A stretch of 64,000 bases of DNA from Carpediemonas membranifera BICM (Eukaryota > Protista > Fornicata). The stretch is taken from positions 650,244 to 714,243 of the forward strand of contig JAHDYR010000067.1 in the NCBI GenBank assembly GCA_019828565.1, given 5' to 3'. Each line of letters starts with the position of its first letter. Positions within the stretch are counted from its first letter, which is position 1. A program made the translations under genes and the position numbers. The notes beneath the pieces were generated by a model that was not told where the DNA came from, did no database searches, and saw only the letters and a list, made by a program, of their open reading frames with translations. This document shows, piece by piece, positions 56,682 through 64,000 of this stretch.

Positions 56682-57956
56682 ATGGAAAGCAATTACATGC
56701 TTCAGGAGCTTCACTGCCTCACTGGTACGTCCTATCGTATGCGACGGGACAAGTTATCTGAGAAATCGGTCCTCGTTGTCAACCGTTTCAACGATTCCGC
56801 CCGTGGACGTGCCGAGGAGCTCTTTCTCGCCGCTCTTGAGCTTGCTCCAGCCTCTAACGTGTTCGAGGAACGCGATGAGCCCATTGTGCGCAAGGCAGCT
56901 CCGCAACCTGCTGAGAAGCGCGTTCGCTCCGCCGATTGCGCAGAGCAAGTCGATTATCCTGCCAAGCCTTCAGACCGAGCCCTGCGCGCAGCCAGGCGCG
57001 CAGCTGGCGACGCCGCTACATCCCTCGCCGGCCCATCTCCCACCGGTTCTGCTGCCAGACAGCTTTCAGCGGATGACCCGTGCTCTGGCACCCGCTCGGC
57101 TGTCCCTTCCATGTCCCTCGCCGAGTCAGCTTCTTCTGGCTCTGTTGGTAGCTCGTCTGTGGCCATCGCCGACACTGGTGCATCCGCATCCGCCATAACT
57201 CCCACTGCCCGCGCCAAGGCGCCGAAGCGCAAGCTTCCTTTCCTTACCAGTGAGATTGATGTGGAGCAGTTCCTAAGCTCGTGGGCTAGTTCCACCAAGC
57301 TTGAGGCAGCCGGCGCCAGGGAGCTGAAGTTTATATCCAAGTCGGACCTGAAGTCGGTCATTCGGAATGAGAGGGTCCAGAGTGTCGAGCGCATCTGCAA
57401 CATCGCATGGGTGGCATATCAGATGGAGCTCTACAATGAGCTGGAGAATGACGGTGTGGCCATCGACGACTGCATCGTCCCGACCGAGCAGCTGGAGGTA
57501 CTGCAGGCTAGGGTTAGCGAGGCCTTGATGCGACCCACCAGAGAACTTATCGATGGAACTCGGAAGGTGTGGAATTACAGGGCGACGTACGCCGGCATGG
57601 TCAAGTCGATTTGTGACTCCATGGCAACGATGTTGTTCATCGACCCTGGGACCGTCACGCGACACTATATTCTCGTGGTGAGATACATGATTCTCTTCCC
57701 CAATCTCTTCTGGGACCTGCTCTCGAGCCACTGTCTGCCTGACACCATCGCTTACACCAACGTTGTCATGGATGTTGGTCTGAAGAATCTTTTGCTTGAC
57801 ACCCCTGCCGAGGATGACTCGTCCCTCACCACGCTCATCCAGAAGAAGTTTGAGGGCGATGACAGAAGAGTTGTCATTTATAAGGCGATTGGAACAGCTG
57901 ATGAGGAAGTTGTCTCAACTGGGGCAGTTCCTCAGGTCGAAGAGCCTGACGAGTAA
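56682..57956 (+). CDS. Hypothetical protein (element cargo)
   Basis: 424-aa ATG ORF with no recognised domain. Confidence 0.65.
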   Translation: MESNYMLQELHCLTGTSYRMRRDKLSEKSVLVVNRFNDSARGRAEELFLAALELAPASNVFEERDEPIVRKAAPQPAEKRVRSADCAEQVDYPAKPSDRALRAARRAAGDAATSLAGPSPTGSAARQLSADDPCSGTRSAVPSMSLAESASSGSVGSSSVAIADTGASASAITPTARAKAPKRKLPFLTSEIDVEQFLSSWASSTKLEAAGARELKFISKSDLKSVIRNERVQSVERICNIAWVAYQMELYNELENDGVAIDDCIVPTEQLEVLQARVSEALMRPTRELIDGTRKVWNYRATYAGMVKSICDSMATMLFIDPGTVTRHYILVVRYMILFPNLFWDLLSSHCLPDTIAYTNVVMDVGLKNLLLDTPAEDDSSLTTLIQKKFEGDDRRVVIYKAIGTADEEVVSTGAVPQVEEPDE

Positions 57957-57980
57957 ACTATATCCATTGATTTATCAGTG

Positions 57981-58892
57981 TTACTTACCAAACCGAGTAA
58001 AGGAGCTACGGGTAAACTGCTCCAACAGCTTTCGAGCCTGAGGCGAAGGCTGCGGACAATACCAGCTGCGAGTAGTTTTGTTTTCGACCAGATTGTTTTG
58101 TTTGGCGTCTGCAGTCGCCTCGCACGGTTTCTGCCAAGTTCTGGTCACCCACGGCTCCTCCCACTTGGTGAGGTGATATCCGGACTCAAACTTGGAGATA
58201 GAGTCTATGGCATAGTGCATCACAGTGTCAGTGAGCTGAACAGCAGTCACCTCTCCAGTGACGAGATCGGCTGTGCTCGTAAAGTTGGCCCAGTCAATAA
58301 AGTCCTTGAAGACTTCAGGAGAAATCTTGCGAAGGGCATAGTGCTCCCACCAGACCGTGAAAGCAGTAGGATGGCTGACGATTGCGTAAGCCCTCTTGGC
58401 CACACTCGTCGGTGCGATGGTAATGCACGCCTTCCTGACCTTGTCGCTCGGTAGTCTCATGCGCCTCACCTTAGCAGCAATGTCACACCAAACAACCAAG
58501 TCCTGCACGTCTTTGAGCAGTGCGAGGGTGGTGTCGATCGACATTGACGACGGATCACCAGCACCGAAACCTGCGAAGACTGTCGTCTGAATGTCGACTG
58601 CCACAGAGCCCGAGAACGACACAAGAAGGCTGTTCGTTCTCTCCATCATCCACTTACTGCCACACTGAGTGCATAGCCAAGCGGAAAAGAACGAGCTGCG
58701 GACATCGGCCCTGATTTTGGCTGTGTTACCGTTATTCTCGCCCTCGTTAAGCCTACTGATTGTGAATAGCGAGTACTTGTCCATAAAGAGCTCAAAAGCT
58801 TCCTTAAAAGCCGTTGTCTCTTGCTGTTGGGTGCTTGACGTGATAGTGTTCATTTCCATCCGTGCAGAGCCCAGCCGAACGTCTCTAGACAT
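57981..58892 (-). CDS. Hypothetical protein (element cargo)
   Basis: About 300-aa ORF convergent on the previous gene; the upstream extension in the ORF track lies in repeat array C. Confidence 0.55.
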   Translation of the reverse strand: MSRDVRLGSARMEMNTITSSTQQQETTAFKEAFELFMDKYSLFTISRLNEGENNGNTAKIRADVRSSFFSAWLCTQCGSKWMMERTNSLLVSFSGSVAVDIQTTVFAGFGAGDPSSMSIDTTLALLKDVQDLVVWCDIAAKVRRMRLPSDKVRKACITIAPTSVAKRAYAIVSHPTAFTVWWEHYALRKISPEVFKDFIDWANFTSTADLVTGEVTAVQLTDTVMHYAIDSISKFESGYHLTKWEEPWVTRTWQKPCEATADAKQNNLVENKTTRSWYCPQPSPQARKLLEQFTRSSFTRFGK

Positions 58893-58897
58893 AGTCT

Positions 58898-60296
58898 GAG
58901 CAGCGTAACTAGCCTGCCAGGGTCCTTGTACGCAGTATGTGTCTTGGCCAAGCTTGAATTCGTCGGTTGGCCGAAAAAGCATAAACTGCACGGGTCCAGG
59001 TCGGCAACCGTTGCCGACCTGGAAGCCGCTCCTTGGGCGTTGAAGAACAGAAGAGAAAGCGATCAGCGATGCTTTTATGCAGTATTAAGCAGGTTGTGCG
59101 CGTCAAATGTCCGGTAATGCATTCGTCACCATCTAATCAACATCAACTCTTTTTCTCGGCAATGCAGATGAGAATGCCCGTCACTAAAGGATGATTTGGT
59201 ACTGAATAAACATTATAATGAGACTGGAATGCTTGTGGACACGAAAACAGCAATGACAACATCGGGAGCAAGACAAGAAGATGATTCAGATTTATGAGGG
59301 AGAGGACGCCAGGGATGACGGCGCCAGGGATGAGGCGCCAGGATGAGGGCGCCAGGATTACCTTAAGCTCTGCCGACCTGGTGGCTTTACAAAAAGCTCA
59401 GGATGAGGATGGTCCAGCTCCACGACCAGCGTAATCCCGAGGGGGGCGACACGGGGGAGGGTGAGTCTGACGATGAGGCGCTGTTTGACGAGACAGCTGG
59501 CGAGGCAGAGATGCCGGAGACCGCAGTGGAGGGCGAGTTTGACGATGAGGCCGGGTTGGAGATGCTGGAAGGAGAGTGGGAGGATGAGGAGAGTTCAGAC
59601 AGCGATGCCGAGGATAGCCTCGTCGACAACCTGTCATTTCTTCAGTCACAACAGGTTGAGTGTGATATGTCTGAGAGAGATACCGATGAGGGTGTCCGTA
59701 GCGGGGCCAATGGAAGTGGGCTCGCTCCGCTCTATGACGCTATGAAGACCAGGGTGCCCAGCAGACGCATTCGCCTTCGCCGCTATCACGAGAGCGAGTC
59801 AGACTTGGGCAGCAGCAGCGACAGCGAGGACGGGATGCCGAAGCTGCCCGTTGAGGCCTTTGAGCACATCCGTGATGCCGGGATGACAACTGTGAGGCTG
59901 ACGAGGGCCGAGTATGACGACGTGATGGAGAAGAGAGAGCAGGAAAAGCACCAGAAGTAAATGGCGAGTGATTATCAACTGGATGCAGAGGCTGAGCGGC
60001 GTAACTAGCCTGCCAGGGTCCGTGTACACAGTATGTGTCTTGGCTAAGCTTGACTTCGTCGGTTGGCCGAAAAAGCATAAACTGCACGGGTCCAGGTCGG
60101 CAACCGTTGCCGACCTGGAAGCCGCTCCTTGGGCGTTGAAGAACAGAAGAGAAAGCGATCAGCGATGCTTTTTATGCAGTATTAAGCAGGTTGTGCGCGT
60201 CAAATGTCCGGTAATGCATTCGTCACCATCTAATCAACATCAACTCTTTTTCTCGGCAATGCAGAGGAGAATGCCCGTCACTAAAGGATGATTTGG
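58898..60296 (+). repeat. Array C: about 1.3 copies of the 1,096-bp unit
   Basis: 185-aa ORF at 59403-59960; palindromes at 58995 and 60091. Confidence 0.95.
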
Positions 60297-60587
60297 AACT
60301 AACAGGCTTTAATAAGCATGTCAAGCCTGTGATCACGATAACAGCCTTCAATAACTACATCAAGGCAATACATCAAGAAGATTGTTTAAAGAGACGGCGG
60401 GGAGCAAGATGCAGGGGAGAGCGGCAGGGAAACGAAGGCATGGGGACAGGAGCCCGAGAAGAGCGCCTGGAGAACGGTGAGGAAGAACGGCGGGGAAGAG
60501 CAGCCGGGCGCATGGGTACACACATCTGTCATCATGTGGCATCAACATTGCCACAGTGGTCAACTCAATAACAAGCAATGTCTTCAT

Positions 60588-61870
60588 TTACTCACTGTTC
60601 TGGATCACCAATTCGTACGACGAGTAACAGTCGGGACAGAGCCGAATCTTGGGAATCGACTTGCCACAGATGACAATCTTCAGCAGCTCCATCTGTACGC
60701 AGTTGGCAGAGTTACAGAACCAGTGCCCGCACTGCCTACAGTGCACGGCTGAGTCGTTGCGTCGGCATGCGTAACACTTCTTCTCATTGAGGCAATAGCT
60801 ACACGTGTATTTCCAGCGACCTTTAGTGGACTCGGCCCAGTTCTTGTTCTTTCCAGTCTTAGGCCGGGGAGGGACACAGCGTGAGTTGTCGTGGAAGTTC
60901 ACTTTGCATTCCTGGCAAGTCACAAACTTTGACGTCACGCGATTGTCGATCCAGTCCAGACTGTGGCAATGGCCGCAACAGAAACAAAGCAGCCTATTCT
61001 GAATGTCGAGAATCGAGAAAGAATCATCACCGACCTCAGACACATCGTCATCGTTGTCCCCTTGGCTGGCCAGACGTGCCTCCACGGTGGCGAGCCTCTG
61101 ATCGACACTCATCGCGACACGGTGAACATCGTGCAGCACAATCGACTCGCGAGGCGCTTGAGGGGAAGCTGGAGAGGGAACCGAAGTGGGACCGGACGAT
61201 GAGTGCAGGAAAGGCTTCACTTTTCACGCAAAGCTCTTGCTTCACGTGTGTAAGGGCGGGGGTGGCAGGGTTGGGGATTTCAACTGTTCTGCACTTGCCC
61301 ACAAATCTCTCCGGGTCATTGATATCGGGCACACAGAGATTAAAGTCTCGGGAGTCGAGATTATCTGGCACAGGAATATTGAGTCTCGACAGGACGGATC
61401 TGATCGCGCTGGTTAGCTCCGAACGGACTGGGCGAGGAGCTCTTGCAGAGAGCATGGACAACCTTGGGTTTCCCGTCAGATATGGCCACAGTCACCCCCA
61501 TCGTCTCAGCCCAATCTCGGACGTTCTTCGCAACAACCCTTCCCATCGAGACGCCAGGTTTCAACTTCAGCTCATCGAGGAAGTCCGGTGTTTCGGAGCA
61601 CGGCTGAAGAAACGACACGATGATGTGGTTGAACGCATTTCCGAGCTTTTTGATGGACAGGCCAGTTGGGTCTGAGTCAAAGACGTCAAACGCAAACGTG
61701 AAGAAGGCCTTAAGCATGCCCATCATGAGAATTGACCGGCAAGTACTCAAAGCGGTTGTGTTCCACTTCGTCATCGGTCTCGATCTCTTAGAAACAGCCT
61801 TAACTGCATGATCGTCCGCCATGTTCTCATTTACGGCCGCGCGCTTCGTTTCTAGCTCCGTTTCTGTCAT
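60588..61870 (-). CDS. PHD-like double zinc-finger protein (three ORFs joined by two 1-nt homopolymer frameshifts)
   Basis: CFCC...CQEC..NFH...C...YTCSYC followed by CYAC...CRQC..WFC...C...CPDC; overlapping ORFs each shift by one base at GGGAAACCC and AAAA. Confidence 0.65.
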
Positions 61871-62047
61871 TCCAGAGTAGATTTTCTACTAAAAATTGGC
61901 ATTGTTACAACCAATCATTAACATTAATAGAGACTCACCAGCCCGCGGCCAATCGTGACTCAGGTTCGCATCAGACGTCGACAGAGACGAGTTAAACATG
62001 AGGCTGGGCAATTGTCTTCTGAGCTAATCCTTAACCTTTCAAAGAGG

Positions 62048-64000
62048 ATGCTAATACCGAAGTGGACGCTATTACACGGCACTATTTATGCTCCTCAAGA
62101 GGATACTGGCATCAACACCATTCTATGCAGCGTGTACCTTTCCATTGACTCAGATAACGTCAGCACACATCGGTTTCGTGTTTCCAAAGCTCCCCAACGC
62201 CGTGAGTTCGTCCAGGTTGTTCAAGAGTTGCTCAGTGCAGGATATATATGTCGCCAGGATGTTTCAAAGCAGCTGTACCCCTCTCCGACTGCCACATCTA
62301 TCGCTGCGGAGAAGAGGAATCACACGACTTACCCAAGAGCCTACGTGAAGCATACATCCGCAGTTGACACTCTCGCAGCCGAGAATGAGTGTCTACGGAA
62401 GCGTCTGGCCGACACGGAGCGCCTGATTCAACTAACGAACCAGCTCAAGTCCATCACAAACGGATACAATGCCGTTAACGACGAGATCCGCATAATGAAC
62501 TCTCTTGCAGGTAGGCTTAACCTTGATATTGTGCGGATATCTCCTGTTACCTCGAAGATCAAGTCTCTCGCGTGTAATATCCAGAATATGGAGGAGATAG
62601 AATCACTTCTCCAATCTGACACCGCTTGGAGGAGATTTATCCGCAGTCACGTTCCCGCCAACATTCAGCACAGGGTAACGGCGAGAAGGTCTGATCAGGC
62701 CAATCAGGAATATGAGCTCGACCTCATCACCCATGTCGAAGCTCCTCTTGATGTTGTACGATCATCTATTCAGGGCGACTCGGCCCATGCAGAGCACGTT
62801 GCAGGAAAGATCGTCGTCTTCTATGACTCAGAGCAGGACCGTGAGACTCACTATAGCATCATGAAAGAGCAAGGCCTCACCCCTCGGATGCAGACGAGTG
62901 CAAGATATACCCATGTATATCATGCATCATTTGATATCATGGAGTATTATCGCCAAGCGGTTGCATTCCCCGTATCGCTGGAGACGTCACGATCCGGGCG
63001 CAAGAGTGCAGCTCGGACATTAAGACGACAGAGTCATTCCGCTGAGACGGGGACGATCCCACTCGTGTTAGAGGTGTGGGTCGATGCGTGGAGAGGGCTG
63101 ACAACCGCTGTTAAGATTCGTTTCCTCGACGACTCCCACAAAGTCTTTCCGTCTGGTGCGACTCCTCCTTTCCGGATTCTTGAATACAACGGCCCAGAAA
63201 GTCTCATCACTGAGCATTTTGCCTTCATTGAACAGTCCATCGAGAGCACACACCGCGAGGTGCTGGAAGTCAGGAACACGGGTCTCCTCTGCCGAGTAAC
63301 GCGTGTCTTTATTATCGCTGACCATCCAGCCATGTCCAAGGTTTGCGGGGCACTCATTGGAGGCAATTACCCCTCGCCATTCAGTCCCGTTCATTCGAAG
63401 AACAAGGGCTGGAGTCCCTTTGGTCGCACCCCGCGCTGCACCTTGGCAGATATCCTGCTGGCGAAGCATAAGTCACAGTTCGACACTATTATGGACAGAG
63501 AGGCCAAATGGGGATCCTTCTATAACCATCAGAAGAAGTGCATCGCTCCCACTTTGTTTGAGACGTCGACTGCGTCGCTGCCCAGAGACTGCGTCTTCTT
63601 ATTCCCTCCAATCATGCATGTCAGTCATGACTTTGTGTCGTTGATTCATGCCATGTGCCGCATGTTCAAGCCAGAGCCAATTGACCCAGAGAGCGACCCT
63701 CGTCAAATTAAGGAGGTGAAGGCAAGGAACGCGATGCTAGCGAATCTGGCGTCGTTTGAGCCACCCAGCCGTACGACGGGCTGCAACGAGCAAGTCAAGG
63801 GGAGAAAGATGATAGCATCGATTGGACTTAAGCTGCATCGTGCGTTCCCGCCACCCGTGCAGTCATTATTCATACTCGCTGCATATCTCCAGGAGCACTA
63901 CTATTCCCACGAGGATGTAACTGAGAACATGGTCGTGTGGCATCGCTTGACAGCACTTCTCGTGCACCTCTTCTCTGTGACCATGTGTCTTAGCACATCT
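62048..64000 (+). CDS. RAG1/Transib/CMC-like DDE transposase candidate, partial (651 codons, runs off the window)
   Basis: Hand-translated stop-free ORF from ATG 62048; motifs LEVWVDAW, PFRILEYNGPES, FIIADHPAMSKVCG..GGNYP, PPIMH and VKGRKM occur in the expected order. Confidence 0.6.
   Translation, partial: MLIPKWTLLHGTIYAPQEDTGINTILCSVYLSIDSDNVSTHRFRVSKAPQRREFVQVVQELLSAGYICRQDVSKQLYPSPTATSIAAEKRNHTTYPRAYVKHTSAVDTLAAENECLRKRLADTERLIQLTNQLKSITNGYNAVNDEIRIMNSLAGRLNLDIVRISPVTSKIKSLACNIQNMEEIESLLQSDTAWRRFIRSHVPANIQHRVTARRSDQANQEYELDLITHVEAPLDVVRSSIQGDSAHAEHVAGKIVVFYDSEQDRETHYSIMKEQGLTPRMQTSARYTHVYHASFDIMEYYRQAVAFPVSLETSRSGRKSAARTLRRQSHSAETGTIPLVLEVWVDAWRGLTTAVKIRFLDDSHKVFPSGATPPFRILEYNGPESLITEHFAFIEQSIESTHREVLEVRNTGLLCRVTRVFIIADHPAMSKVCGALIGGNYPSPFSPVHSKNKGWSPFGRTPRCTLADILLAKHKSQFDTIMDREAKWGSFYNHQKKCIAPTLFETSTASLPRDCVFLFPPIMHVSHDFVSLIHAMCRMFKPEPIDPESDPRQIKEVKARNAMLANLASFEPPSRTTGCNEQVKGRKMIASIGLKLHRAFPPPVQSLFILAAYLQEHYYSHEDVTENMVVWHRLTALLVHLFSVTMCLSTS

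Larger units (their letters stand above)
42986..64000. mobile_element. Putative giant DNA transposon (more than 21 kb, right end outside window) with cargo genes
   Basis: Abrupt interruption of the Gypsy chromodomain; structured terminus; no housekeeping genes; DDE-like transposase ORF at the distal end. Confidence 0.65.

Noticed and set aside
46948-60296. CRISPR-like array (regularly spaced palindromes)
   Set aside because: The intervening sequences are identical ~1.07-kb units, not unique spacers; there are no cas genes and the context is eukaryotic.
42986-64000. Polinton/Maverick, virophage or Helitron identity
   Set aside because: No polB, capsid, packaging ATPase, rve integrase or Rep-helicase is recognisable within the window.

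Overview
Gene-dense eukaryotic (protist) genomic DNA with very short GT-AG introns (28-52 nt). It resembles a free-living fornicate such as Carpediemonas, which is an inference. Bases 1-35.7 kb hold host genes: RGS, a MEDS-domain protein, RPS24, SmG, TMEM216-like, a degenerate kinesin, cohesin Scc3/STAG, HP1-like, BTB-RhoGEF, ankyrin-TKL kinase, STE20 kinase and SH3-RhoGAP. Five mosaic copies of an RCC1-like multigene family are interspersed among them. From about 35.9 kb the window is a nest of mobile elements. A chromodomain-bearing Ty3/Gypsy element is interrupted first by a 5'-truncated LINE (17-bp TSD) and then, inside its chromodomain at about 42,986, by a block of more than 21 kb that runs off the window. 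That block opens with a structured terminus and carries two degenerate tyrosine-recombinase-fold genes, a HEPN, a SET, an OTU and a PHD-finger gene. It also holds direct and inverted arrays of a 1,096-bp unit with a perfect 29-bp palindrome. It ends in a more than 650-codon ORF, absent from the ORF track, with RAG1/Transib/CMC-like DDE motifs. The best candidate for a novel system is this putative giant cargo-carrying RAG1/Transib-like DNA transposon.
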